64,000 nt of DNA from a virus (IMGVR_UViG_3300028805_000048), one strand, 5' to 3'. Counted from the first letter of the stretch, positions 9,347 to 19,285 are shown. The notes: generated by a model from the sequence alone, not told the origin. Made by a program: numbers and translations.

Positions 9347-9618
9347 TAATTTCTACTCCTTAATTTAAGTTCTGTACATTTATTATTTAATATATCCAAT
9401 AAAGATACAAAAATTTCATCTTGATATTTTTTTAAACAATTTTCACATAAACAAAAAGGTGAATTTTCTATAAAAGAATCTACAAACACAGATTCTAAAC
9501 CAGCTAAAAAAGCTTTATGTAAGAAATTCATAGATCTTGAAGTAACTTGATTTGGCATTTCTTCACCACAAATATTACAACATACTTTATCTACTTCAAT
9601 CACTTTTTTGCAAATCAT
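9346..9618 (-). CDS. Small zinc-finger protein
   Basis: CNIC...CENC pairs; translationally coupled to neighbours. Confidence 0.6.
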   Translation of the reverse strand: MICKKVIEVDKVCCNICGEEMPNQVTSRSMNFLHKAFLAGLESVFVDSFIENSPFCLCENCLKKYQDEIFVSLLDILNNKCTELKLRSRN

Positions 9619-10172
9619 AATTCACCTTTATCAACTTTATCATAAAGTTCATAAGCATTATCAATCAATTTATCAAAGCTAAGAACTCTTTTATCTGGAT
9701 TCTGTTTAAATTTTTTATATTCTTCAACACAATCATTTTCTATAGCCGTCATAAACAATTTATTAAAAATTTGCATATTTTTTTCAGCTTCTTCTTTTTT
9801 ATCAAAAACAACACATATTGTATTTTTGTTTTTATATTTATTACGACTGTGATCTTCATCAACAACAGAAGTATACCAACACCATTGTTCTTTTAATTCT
9901 TTAACAATATCATTTGTAGACATTCCATCAAATGATTTGTTTTTCCAATTTACACGAATTGAACATACTCCATTTGGTTTTATTAAAACATCACGTGTTG
10001 ATGGAATGTAAGGTAAACCATTTAAACAATACATTGAATTATGTATCTTTTTTATCGTTTTATTTATCTTAATTTTCTCTTTTTTAACTAAATCTTTTAA
10101 TTCATTTACTTTTTTATGTAATTTTTTATCTTTTGTAGTTTTTTCATCTAAAACTAATGCCATCAAATTCAT
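9615..10172 (-). CDS. Hypothetical protein
   Basis: 185 aa ORF with GAGGA RBS. Confidence 0.75.
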   Translation of the reverse strand: MNLMALVLDEKTTKDKKLHKKVNELKDLVKKEKIKINKTIKKIHNSMYCLNGLPYIPSTRDVLIKPNGVCSIRVNWKNKSFDGMSTNDIVKELKEQWCWYTSVVDEDHSRNKYKNKNTICVVFDKKEEAEKNMQIFNKLFMTAIENDCVEEYKKFKQNPDKRVLSFDKLIDNAYELYDKVDKGEL

Positions 10173-10189
10173 TTTTAGCTCTTCCTCTT

Positions 10190-11092
10190 TTAAGAATCAT
10201 AATATTTTATTAAATTTATTAAACCACTACAACTTTCACCTTTGTAATTTAAATTTAGATATCTATTTGCTAGACATCGTAATTTAGAATCACAATTTAG
10301 ACAAATTTTATCTCTTAAATTTTCCATTTCCTCAAATTTTTTACGCAAATCCAATAAATTATCAAATTCTAATAATTCAAATTCATTATTTTTTGTAAAA
10401 TTCTGTAAAGCAAACTTATTATTTGGTGTTATATAAACATTTTTTACATTATAATTATCAATCGGTAAAACTTCATCTAATTGTAATTTATTTTGAAAAG
10501 CAAATCTCATTGATTTTGTTAAAAATAAATATTTCTTAATGATTTTTTCTGTTTCTAGATATGATCTTTTAATATTTTTTACGTCTTTACCGTGATGGTA
10601 TGGAATTATTTCCCAAGATTTAATTTTTAACAAATTTAAATCTTCAATAATTCTTTTTTCATTCTTATCACATGAAATATCTAAAGATTTGACATTTATT
10701 GATTTATTATTAAATCTTTTAATATTATCAAAAACTTCTTGTTTATGTTTAGTAAATCCATTAAAATTAAATTTAACATTTATAGCATCAAAACAATTAA
10801 TTAAAGTCTTATTATAATTAACAAAATTTGTAGAAATATATATTTTATTACAATTCAATTTTATTATTTGAAATAACATATTTAAATAAAAATCAGAAGC
10901 TAAAGTTATTTCACCACCACATATTTCTGTTTGAAGAATATTATAATAATTTTTCAAATCAGATAAAGCTGAATCTAACCAAACAACATCTAATTTTGTT
11001 TGATCATATCTTTTATCATTGAAAATATAAAACTCGTCATTTTCTTTCTGTGTATAAAGTGGAATGACATATAATCTAATTTGTTCCTTCAT
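10190..11092 (-). CDS. Degenerate radical-SAM/SPASM-like protein
   Basis: EICGGEITL (GGEP-like), ISTN, VYITPN, C-terminal CLNC...C...C; no CxxxCxxC motif. Confidence 0.55.
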   Translation of the reverse strand: MKEQIRLYVIPLYTQKENDEFYIFNDKRYDQTKLDVVWLDSALSDLKNYYNILQTEICGGEITLASDFYLNMLFQIIKLNCNKIYISTNFVNYNKTLINCFDAINVKFNFNGFTKHKQEVFDNIKRFNNKSINVKSLDISCDKNEKRIIEDLNLLKIKSWEIIPYHHGKDVKNIKRSYLETEKIIKKYLFLTKSMRFAFQNKLQLDEVLPIDNYNVKNVYITPNNKFALQNFTKNNEFELLEFDNLLDLRKKFEEMENLRDKICLNCDSKLRCLANRYLNLNYKGESCSGLINLIKYYDS

Positions 11093-11615
11093 ATTTTGGA
11101 AAATCTTTTATAAATTCATCATAAACATTTGATAAATCTAATAATTCATCTGTTTTTTCTAATAAATCATTATGTTTTGTTAAAATATTTAGATAATGTT
11201 CATGTATTAAATCGCGATATTTTATTATTGATAAAGATTGTTCTTTGTATTTTTTTATTTTTGAATCTTTCCAGCTATAAGCATCTAAAAAAGAATCAAA
11301 ATTTAAAGATTTTACAATATTATCTAATTCATTATGTAAATAATCTAAACAATTTTTAACAAATTGTGTTTTGTTATCATATTTGATAATTTCATTTGGA
11401 TCTTTTGGACATCTTTGCTTTAAATAAAATTTTCCATCATATCCTTTAACGATTTCTTCATTTGTACAATATAAATCTTTATTATACCAGTCTTTGTATC
11501 TGAAATTATTGACATAAAATTTAGCTGTCTCAAAATCAGCTGTCCATTTAATACTTCCGTCTTCTAAATAGACATAAAATTTATTTGAATATTTTGGATC
11601 ACCATTAATTTTCAT
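11076..11615 (-). CDS. Tail-fibre assembly-like protein
   Basis: LDNIVKSLNFDSFLDAYSWKDS..KYKEQSLSIIKYRD resembles phage fibre-assembly chaperones; AGGAG RBS and GTTCTAA motif upstream. Confidence 0.5.
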   Translation of the reverse strand: MKINGDPKYSNKFYVYLEDGSIKWTADFETAKFYVNNFRYKDWYNKDLYCTNEEIVKGYDGKFYLKQRCPKDPNEIIKYDNKTQFVKNCLDYLHNELDNIVKSLNFDSFLDAYSWKDSKIKKYKEQSLSIIKYRDLIHEHYLNILTKHNDLLEKTDELLDLSNVYDEFIKDFPKYEGTN

Positions 11616-11637
11616 TTTTAACTCCTTTTTTGTATAA

Positions 11638-11645
11638 TTAGAACT
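11638..11645 (-). promoter_or_regulatory. Putative late promoter motif AGTTCTAA
   Basis: Recurrent intergenic motif. Confidence 0.55.
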
Positions 11646-11714
11646 GGAAAAATTTTTTTAAAATTATTTTTCTAAAAGAAAAAGGTTGATCAAAAAGAAA
11701 ATTTATTAATTATT

Positions 11715-11780
11715 TTAATAAATTCCCTGCTTTCGCTCGTCGGCTTTGTCGCCGCCGTCGCTCAAGCTGGAATTTATTAA
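11715..11780. repeat. Inverted repeat enclosing a GC-rich island (origin-like element)
   Basis: TTAATAAATTCC (11715-11726)/GGAATTTATTAA (11769-11780) flank CTGCTTTCGCTCGTCGGCTTTGTCGCCGCCGTCGCTCAAGCT within an almost pure A/T intergenic region. Confidence 0.7.
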
Positions 11781-11848
11781 TATATTTTTTATTTTATTAA
11801 TAAATTTAAATTATTAATAAAAATTTCCATTTAATTTAAAGATATAAA

Positions 11849-11892
11849 TGGAAATTTTATAAATTTATTTTTAATATATTTTAGATTCTATA
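11849..11892 (+). promoter_or_regulatory. Putative bipartite promoter TGGAA-N32-TTCTATA
   Basis: TGGAA 11849-11853, TTCTATA 11886-11892, upstream of 11923. Confidence 0.5.
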
Positions 11893-11922
11893 AATAAAAT
11901 TATATAAGAAAGGATTTTTAAA

Positions 11923-12252
11923 ATGAATACAAATTGTATAATTGAACTTAAAGAACATGTCAATAAACTATATAAACAACCAGTGTATACTCTTGATAAA
12001 GATAAAAAATTTTTATGTTTAGGTAATTATGCAAACGTTTTACAGTTTCACAAAAGATTAAAAAATGTTTTAATGTATGGTTACATTAATAATAAAGATT
12101 CAGATATCATTCTTTCACATAACGATGATACATTTTTTATAAAAAATAAAAAACACAATACATTAATTAGCTTACCAAATGAACAAGTAAGATATTTATC
12201 AGCAAATATTGGTAAATTTATATATTCGAAAATGAATGAAAATAAATCTTAA
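11923..12252 (+). CDS. Hypothetical protein
   Basis: 109 aa, AAGGA RBS, own promoter-like motif. Confidence 0.75.
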   Translation: MNTNCIIELKEHVNKLYKQPVYTLDKDKKFLCLGNYANVLQFHKRLKNVLMYGYINNKDSDIILSHNDDTFFIKNKKHNTLISLPNEQVRYLSANIGKFIYSKMNENKS

Positions 12253-15200
12253 ATATCTACTTCATTCAAATCACGAATTTCTATTTTACCTGTATCAAGA
12301 TCTTTAACTTTAACTTTCATTTGAGACATATCGTTTTCATTAACTAATACATCTACAATTCTTTCATTTTTTGTAGATGGCATAGGAGCTTCATCATTCA
12401 TATCTCCTGATCCACCATTTATATTTATATCACCAAAACTTGGTAATCCACCATCCATTCCTGGTTCTTCTGGTCCATAATCATCTAAACCGTCAGAAGC
12501 CATATTATCTTGAGTATCTAAATTTGTCGTAGATGTATCATTTGCTCCTGTTGTAGCAGAAGTCATATCAGAAGCTATATTAGCTGCTCCATCTGCAAAA
12601 TCTGCTGGTGTAGGAGCTTCTGTTAATAATGATAGAAAACATTTATTAAATGATATAGATTCGTTTTGTTGATTTAATAATGGAGTTAAACGCATAGATA
12701 CATAATCTCCAACACCTTCATCATCAAGATATGAAGCTGCTGCATTTGCTGTTTTTGAAATTATATTTTTCTTAATATTGTTTGGTATATTTTTAATTAA
12801 AACTTCATTTTTAATCATATCAATTAAGTTTTTAGTTCCAATAATTTTTCCATTATTAAAAGAATCTATGATACTATCAGCTTTTTTTGATACATTGTTA
12901 ATTTCATTTTGATTAAAATTATCCATAGACTTTTTATTAGCTAATACTTTTTCATGAGCTGCATTATATACTTCATCATTAGTTAACATTTCTCTAATTT
13001 TATTATCTATTGTACGCCATTTGTAAAAAAACGGTATAAAATATGTATCTCTCCATTTTTCGAATTCTATTCGATTTTGAGATGCTGGTTTATTTTTTGT
13101 TCCAGCTTTTGTTTTTACAACAGGTTCATTTGGTGTCAAATTTAAACCAAAGGCATTATTTATTTCATTTATTCTATTTTCAATTGCTGGTCTATCGTTT
13201 TCGTCATATCCAGCAAAAGCATACATGAGGCTTGGATCTTTTTGTAATGCTTCATTACTTGCAAATGGTTCTGTTTGCCATATTGCTATCGTTGATGGTA
13301 ATATTTCACCTGTTTTTTTATTAAATAGTTTAGGAGCATCTTTTTGACCACGCCACATATCACCAGCTCTACTATCTATAACACCTTTATAATGTGCTTC
13401 TAAATCTTCTCTTGCTTGTTGGCGTTGTTCTGACGTCATATTAGCTATAGAATCACCTTCTTTAATAGCACCTATTTCTGTATTGTTTTTCAAATCATAT
13501 ACTTTATTTTTATTTGCTACATAACCAATTGGTCTATTATTATCATCTAATACAATTCTTCTGTATACATTTTGACTTGTAAATGTAGAATCTATTCCTC
13601 TTGTTGGATCTTTATATGTGCCAATACCAGTATCTTTATCAAATGAAAATCCACTATTTCCATCTTGCTCATATTCAGCTATTGTTTTTCCAATTTTTCC
13701 AAGATAATTACCATGTAAATCGACTACTTCAGCAGAATCTTTATCATTTTTACGAATTATTCCATAATTTTTACCCTTTAAACGAAGAGATTCTTCTAAA
13801 CTTTCTTCTTTCTTTTTATTTCCAAGATATTGAACAGCAGAACCTAATCCGGCACAACTAACACCACACTCATTCATATCAAGACCAGTAATCGGTTTTA
13901 AAGGAAATGGAAGTTTTTTAACAGAATATAATTCTTGTAATTCATTCATAGCATCTTCACGAGATGTAAATTTAGCAGCTGTTTCTAAATTATCAGAAAT
14001 TAAATTTTCATCACGCCAATTTGAATTTAAATAATAATTTTTATTAACATCATCTATTTGATATTCAAGATACCAAATTTCATTATCAGTTATTTGATTA
14101 TTTTCGATTGATTCTTTTTTCATAGCAGAAAAATCTTTACCTTTATTTAAATCATTCCAAACCATTTTTTGAGCAAAATCTTTATTTGCATCATTCACAT
14201 CTGGATTTTTTTCATAATGTATATCATTCCATTTGCGTGCAGCTTTTTCTTGCTCCCAACCCATACCTCTGGCATTTGGATTCATTCTAGACATATATTC
14301 TTCTTTGTGCTTTTGTATATCTTCTGGAGTCCATGATTCTCTATCTCCAAGTCTATTCCATCTGTGTTTTAAAATTGGACCCCATTTAGTATTAGCATAT
14401 CTAGCTTTAGTTCTTAAAGCAATATTGTCATCTACATCATTTGTTATTTCCGGAACATCTAATTTTTCTATTTTATCTTCTGTTACGTCATCGTCCCATA
14501 TTTGTTCTTCTTTAGGAATAGAATAATCTGCTTCAGGTATTTCTATTTCAAAATAATTAGGATCCCAAGAACCAGGTTCAGCATTATATTTTTTATAAAT
14601 ATCAAGAATTTTTTGTTTATTATCTTCTATTTGCTTTTTGATTTGTTCTAAATCATCATTGTTTTCTGGTTTTTCTACATTTGATAAAATTTTATCTACA
14701 TATAATTGATTTAAATTATCACTTATAGCTTTCAATTCTTCATTGTAATGAAGAATTTTATCATTTATAGGTTTATTTAAATTGTCTGTTATTTCTTTAT
14801 CGATTATAGGTGTTATATTTTTTTTACTATCTTTATATTGCGTACCAAGATGACCAATTATATCATTATCATTTTCGCTGCTTAAAATGAAATAATCAGT
14901 TTTAAGATATCGCATATTATTATTATTATTTATATTATCAATTTTTTTATTATTAAAATCGAATACCGTATTATTATCCTTTGTATAACCTATACACTTG
15001 TTACCAACAAATACAGGATTCATATCATGTGCTATCTTACCTATAGGATGTTCATCTTTGAAATAGACATCTTTTTTTCTTTCTTTTTCATCTTTACTAT
15101 TTAAAGCTTTTTGCCATTTATCACTATCGAAATGAATAGGATAAACAAAATCATTTTCAATGACATAATCCATGATTTTATCTTTTTCTAAACTTTCTAA

Positions 15201-16247
15201 TGAATTTGATAATTTTTCATAAGTATTTATCAATTCATTAGTCTGTTCATCAGAAAAAATCTGTTTAAAATTTTTTATATCTGGTATTTTTGTATCTTTT
15301 TCATATCTTAAGTTTGATAAATATTTTTCAATTTTATCTTTTGTATCTAATAAACGTTTTATTTCAATTTTAATATTTTCATATTCGCTTTCTATTACAG
15401 CTTTTTCAATTTCTTCTTTATCACTTAATTCTTTATTTTTAAACTTTTCAAGTTTTTCTAATGTTTCTAATTTTTTTTGTGGTAATTCTTTTTCAAGAAA
15501 TTGTATACGTGATAATATTTGATGATATTCATTCATCATTTCACTTAAATTATCTTGTGCTACTTTAGTTATTTTATTCTTATCCAAAAATCTTTTTTCT
15601 TCTTCACTTGGTTCTCTTTTAAATTTTTCTGAACGATTATAAAAAAATTGATTTCTATCATTCAACTCTTGTTGAAGTTTTTCATTTTGATCAGTTAAGT
15701 CTTTGATTTCTTTCCAACCAGGAGTACGATTTATATTTTCTTCAGTTATTACTGATTCGTGTAAAACAATTCCTTTTGGTAAAGGATAATTATTTTTCTT
15801 TAACCAATCGTGTAATTCTGCAACCGATTTAAAAATTTCTATTTTACCATCATGTGAAAGACAAAGATTTTCATTTTGTTTAAAAATACGAGCATTTTTA
15901 CTTCTTAAAATTGCCGTATTGTCTTCTTCGTTTACTTTCCAATCATTTGTATCGATGTCATCGTTTATTTTTTTAATACGATTTAAGATAGATTGTAATT
16001 CATCAGAAACTTTAAGAGATTGTTTTATTTTATCCATGACTTCATTTGTCAATTCTCTTTTTTCTTCTTCTTTGTCAGTATCAAGTTCTTCACGATTTGT
16101 ATAAAATTTTGATCCAGGATTAGAAGGATCGAATGAATTGTCTTGATTTGCAACAGAAACAAATCTTTCTTCTTCATCTTCTTTTAAATACATATTATTT
16201 AATGTTTCATCTATGAGTTTGAGAGAATTTTCAAAAATATTTGTCAT
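12249..16247 (-). CDS. Large putative head-packaged (internal) protein
   Basis: 1332 aa, acidic/coiled segments punctuated by IFEN, LKE, LHES, ITEE, KKES, MNE, EESLEES, QNES, LTEA motifs like T4 gp21 cleavage sites; downstream of a late motif. Confidence 0.55.
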   Translation of the reverse strand: MTNIFENSLKLIDETLNNMYLKEDEEERFVSVANQDNSFDPSNPGSKFYTNREELDTDKEEEKRELTNEVMDKIKQSLKVSDELQSILNRIKKINDDIDTNDWKVNEEDNTAILRSKNARIFKQNENLCLSHDGKIEIFKSVAELHDWLKKNNYPLPKGIVLHESVITEENINRTPGWKEIKDLTDQNEKLQQELNDRNQFFYNRSEKFKREPSEEEKRFLDKNKITKVAQDNLSEMMNEYHQILSRIQFLEKELPQKKLETLEKLEKFKNKELSDKEEIEKAVIESEYENIKIEIKRLLDTKDKIEKYLSNLRYEKDTKIPDIKNFKQIFSDEQTNELINTYEKLSNSLESLEKDKIMDYVIENDFVYPIHFDSDKWQKALNSKDEKERKKDVYFKDEHPIGKIAHDMNPVFVGNKCIGYTKDNNTVFDFNNKKIDNINNNNNMRYLKTDYFILSSENDNDIIGHLGTQYKDSKKNITPIIDKEITDNLNKPINDKILHYNEELKAISDNLNQLYVDKILSNVEKPENNDDLEQIKKQIEDNKQKILDIYKKYNAEPGSWDPNYFEIEIPEADYSIPKEEQIWDDDVTEDKIEKLDVPEITNDVDDNIALRTKARYANTKWGPILKHRWNRLGDRESWTPEDIQKHKEEYMSRMNPNARGMGWEQEKAARKWNDIHYEKNPDVNDANKDFAQKMVWNDLNKGKDFSAMKKESIENNQITDNEIWYLEYQIDDVNKNYYLNSNWRDENLISDNLETAAKFTSREDAMNELQELYSVKKLPFPLKPITGLDMNECGVSCAGLGSAVQYLGNKKKEESLEESLRLKGKNYGIIRKNDKDSAEVVDLHGNYLGKIGKTIAEYEQDGNSGFSFDKDTGIGTYKDPTRGIDSTFTSQNVYRRIVLDDNNRPIGYVANKNKVYDLKNNTEIGAIKEGDSIANMTSEQRQQAREDLEAHYKGVIDSRAGDMWRGQKDAPKLFNKKTGEILPSTIAIWQTEPFASNEALQKDPSLMYAFAGYDENDRPAIENRINEINNAFGLNLTPNEPVVKTKAGTKNKPASQNRIEFEKWRDTYFIPFFYKWRTIDNKIREMLTNDEVYNAAHEKVLANKKSMDNFNQNEINNVSKKADSIIDSFNNGKIIGTKNLIDMIKNEVLIKNIPNNIKKNIISKTANAAASYLDDEGVGDYVSMRLTPLLNQQNESISFNKCFLSLLTEAPTPADFADGAANIASDMTSATTGANDTSTTNLDTQDNMASDGLDDYGPEEPGMDGGLPSFGDININGGSGDMNDEAPMPSTKNERIVDVLVNENDMSQMKVKVKDLDTGKIEIRDLNEVDI

Positions 16248-16294
16248 GGAATTAACTTCTCTTTCTAAATAGTTAATAGTATTATTTTTAATGA

Positions 16295-16912
16295 TTAGTA
16301 GTTATCTCTTAATCTTTGAATATAATCTAAAAATGGTTCATTTTCAGATGTTTTAAGATTTGAATCTTGCCACATTTGATACCAGTCAGGTTTATCTTCT
16401 GTTTCAGCTCCAAAATCATCTTGGTAAAGCATATCAGCGTTAGGATTATCTTCATAATTTGGTCTAGATACAGCCTCTGCAAATGGATCTTCACCGTTCA
16501 TCAACGCTTCTACATCATATTTGTTAAACTTGTTACCATACTTATCTGTATAAATACCATTTTCATCTTTAACAAAATGATGTTCACTAGCAAAAGCTTC
16601 AATTTCATCGTTTGTTTGATTTTTATATTGATCAGCTATAGGAGATTCATATTCATTATTATAAGCTGTGAATTCTCCGTTAGCTTGTGCACCTTCCCAA
16701 TTCATAGCATCATCTGTTGGTATCGTAGATGCATTTGCTCCACCCGCCATCAAACCACCAGCGACAGCAGCCGTAGCAAGACCTTTTTTGATATTGTCTT
16801 TCCATCCTTCTTCAAGGTTTTCAGAATTAAATGATTCTTTGAATAATTTATTTTCACTATTTTCATAAATAGCTTTTAACATATTTGATTTAAAGCTTTG
16901 TTGATTTTCCAT
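16295..16912 (-). CDS. Putative head-packaged protein with internal signal-peptide-like helix
   Basis: IYEN..FKES..LEE followed by GWKDNIKKGLATAAVAGGLMAGGANA. Confidence 0.55.
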   Translation of the reverse strand: MENQQSFKSNMLKAIYENSENKLFKESFNSENLEEGWKDNIKKGLATAAVAGGLMAGGANASTIPTDDAMNWEGAQANGEFTAYNNEYESPIADQYKNQTNDEIEAFASEHHFVKDENGIYTDKYGNKFNKYDVEALMNGEDPFAEAVSRPNYEDNPNADMLYQDDFGAETEDKPDWYQMWQDSNLKTSENEPFLDYIQRLRDNY

Positions 16913-16948
16913 AATTTATATTCCAGATCTGGTTAAAACGTTTATAAA

Positions 16949-16955
16949 TTAGAAC
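16949..16955 (-). promoter_or_regulatory. Putative late promoter motif GTTCTAA
   Basis: Recurrent intergenic motif. Confidence 0.55.
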
Positions 16956-16970
16956 ATTTTTATTTGGAAA

Positions 16971-17015
16971 TGGAAATATTTTATAAAATATTAAGCCTAT
17001 CATTGTAGTTCAATA
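16971..17015 (+). promoter_or_regulatory. Putative bipartite promoter TGGAA-N33-TTCAATA (clpP)
   Basis: TGGAA 16971-16975, TTCAATA 17009-17015 (one mismatch, same spacing). Confidence 0.45.
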
Positions 17016-17046
17016 GAACATCATTTTTATAATTACAAAAAGGAGA

Positions 17047-17796
17047 ATGATTTTTATGTGGTCTGGTAATAGCGATAGTATTTTACAACAAGTACCAAGA
17101 AATTATATGTTTGGTGATAAAATTTTCATTTATGATACAATCACTAGTGAAAACTGTGCTCATTTGATAGGTGATTTATCTACATATGTATTGAATTATG
17201 AAAATGCTGGTAGAAAATTGTCATTTTTTATAAATTCTCCAGGTGGTGAAGTATCAGTAATGATGAATATTATTGGTATAATGAATATGGCAAAGTTAAA
17301 TGATATTTCAATTGATACTTATGTTCTTGGTCATGCTGCTTCAGCTGCTTCTTTAATTGCTGTCAATGGAACTTGTCGTATAATGAGTAAGTTAGCAAGA
17401 CATCATCTTCATTTTGGAACAATTTTTGATGTTACAACCAAACAAAGTGAAATTGAAAAAACTTATATTCAAAACATAGAGTATTCTGAAAATATAAAGA
17501 ATATATATTTAGAATGTTGTCAAGGTAAATTATCAAGAGAAATTTTAGATAAATTAGAAGAAGATGAAAGAGGTCTTTTGAATGCTAAACAGTGCTTAAA
17601 GTATGGTTTATGTGACATTATCGTTGAAGATGCCTTAAGTGATAAAATGAAAGATGAAAATTCCAGATCGTTATTTGAAGAACAATATAGAAAGCATTTA
17701 AAAGAAGAAGAAAAGAAAAGACGTGAACAATCAAAGAAAGAAAAGCCGAAGAAAAAATCTAGAAAATCATTAAAAAAGGATGAAAATCATGAATAG
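17047..17796 (+). CDS. clpP: ClpP-like protease subunit (start possibly at 17056)
   Basis: FINSPGGEV, AASAAS (catalytic Ser), HHLH, YGLCD; Lys-rich C-terminal tail. Confidence 0.88.
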   Translation: MIFMWSGNSDSILQQVPRNYMFGDKIFIYDTITSENCAHLIGDLSTYVLNYENAGRKLSFFINSPGGEVSVMMNIIGIMNMAKLNDISIDTYVLGHAASAASLIAVNGTCRIMSKLARHHLHFGTIFDVTTKQSEIEKTYIQNIEYSENIKNIYLECCQGKLSREILDKLEEDERGLLNAKQCLKYGLCDIIVEDALSDKMKDENSRSLFEEQYRKHLKEEEKKRREQSKKEKPKKKSRKSLKKDENHE

Positions 17797-19285
17797 AAGT
17801 GCTATTATTGAATATTTTAATACTTTATGTGGAACTTGTAATAAAAAGTTATCAAGATCTGAATATCGCATGTTAAATCCTGAATATCCATCATCTTTAA
17901 TTGAAAAGCTTTGGGGTAATTGGAATAATTTCATGGATGAAGTAAATGATACAGTTATCATGACTCGTACTAGTCTGAAGAAGAAATTTAATAAAAAAGC
18001 TGATAAAATAGTTATTTCATATGTTAACGATGGAACAGATATTAATTTAGATTTTTTTAAAACATTAAAACTATACTGTAAGAATAATCATGCTGAGTTA
18101 GGTATACTGTGGGGTAAAGGAATAAAAAAGAATGTTACTTTTAGTAGAGATACTTTTGATTTATTGTCAGAATATCTTGCTACAGAATTTACATTTGAAA
18201 AAGATGATAAATGTATCGCTAAAGATTTTATGTTACCTCTAAGTCAAAAAAATCCACTTTTAAATATAGATAAATTATCAACAAATATAAACACTGTAAT
18301 AGTTGGATCAAATAAACAATATTTGAAGATTCTTCCATATAAACAATATCACGATTATAGAATAGCTTGCTCTACAGGTGGTTTATCCGAAATAGAATAC
18401 GGTGATACAATATCAAATTGTATTGATGAAAAATATCATACTTTTGGAGCTATTTTATTAGAATGGAGTAAAGATAAAAATAGATATATTATTAGAAATC
18501 TTATTTTTAAAAACGGTTGTATTCATGATTTAAACAAAATATATTATAATAATAAGATAACTACCAAAAAGAGTCTTCCTGGTATGGTATTAGGTGATTT
18601 GCATTTACCTGATGAAGATGAAAAGGCACTTTCTATAACTGAAGAATTTATAAATAAATACAAACCAGAAGCAGTAATGTTACATGATATAGCTTCTTGG
18701 AATAGTGTATGTCATCATAATTTTGGTAAATGTCTAACACAAGTTATTAATATGGATGAAATAAATACTACACTAGAAACAGAATTAAATGATGTTTTGA
18801 TAAGATTACGTGTGTTTGCAAAAATGTGTCCAGATAGTAATTTCTATGTAGTTAATTCGAATCATGATAATTTTATTGAAAAATGGTTAGAAACTGGTGA
18901 ATTTTTAAAGGATAAAAGAAATGCTAAGATTGGAGCTAAATTATTCTTAGATTATTCACAAGGAAAAAACATTTTTGACGGCAAATTACCAGAAAATATG
19001 AAATTTTTACCAAAGAATAAAAGTTTTGAGATTTGCGGATTTGAATTATCTGAACATGGTGATTGCGGTATATCCGGTGCAGGTGGAAGTGCTAATGCTT
19101 TCAATAAAACTTTTGAAAATTGTATAGTTGGACATACACATTCACCAGAAATTAGAGAAAAAACATTTTATGTTGGTACTTTATCAAAACTAATCGTTAA
19201 TTATAATCAAAAAGGTATGACAACTTGGGTAAACGCCAATGCTGTTGTTCATGAAAACGGTACAGCTCAACTTATTTTAATATAA
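17780..19285 (+). CDS. Calcineurin-like metallophosphoesterase with long N-terminal extension
   Basis: LGDLH, LHD, SNHD, EHGD, GHTHS motifs in the C-terminal half. Confidence 0.85.
   Translation: MKIMNRSAIIEYFNTLCGTCNKKLSRSEYRMLNPEYPSSLIEKLWGNWNNFMDEVNDTVIMTRTSLKKKFNKKADKIVISYVNDGTDINLDFFKTLKLYCKNNHAELGILWGKGIKKNVTFSRDTFDLLSEYLATEFTFEKDDKCIAKDFMLPLSQKNPLLNIDKLSTNINTVIVGSNKQYLKILPYKQYHDYRIACSTGGLSEIEYGDTISNCIDEKYHTFGAILLEWSKDKNRYIIRNLIFKNGCIHDLNKIYYNNKITTKKSLPGMVLGDLHLPDEDEKALSITEEFINKYKPEAVMLHDIASWNSVCHHNFGKCLTQVINMDEINTTLETELNDVLIRLRVFAKMCPDSNFYVVNSNHDNFIEKWLETGEFLKDKRNAKIGAKLFLDYSQGKNIFDGKLPENMKFLPKNKSFEICGFELSEHGDCGISGAGGSANAFNKTFENCIVGHTHSPEIREKTFYVGTLSKLIVNYNQKGMTTWVNANAVVHENGTAQLILI

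Noticed and set aside
11650-11850. CRISPR array or tRNA in the large intergenic gap
   Set aside because: No repeat-spacer periodicity and no cloverleaf or T-loop consensus
17047-17796. ClpP as the prohead maturation protease
   Set aside because: Lies in a non-structural cluster with the non-late motif; gp20-type heads normally use a gp21-type protease (not excluded experimentally)
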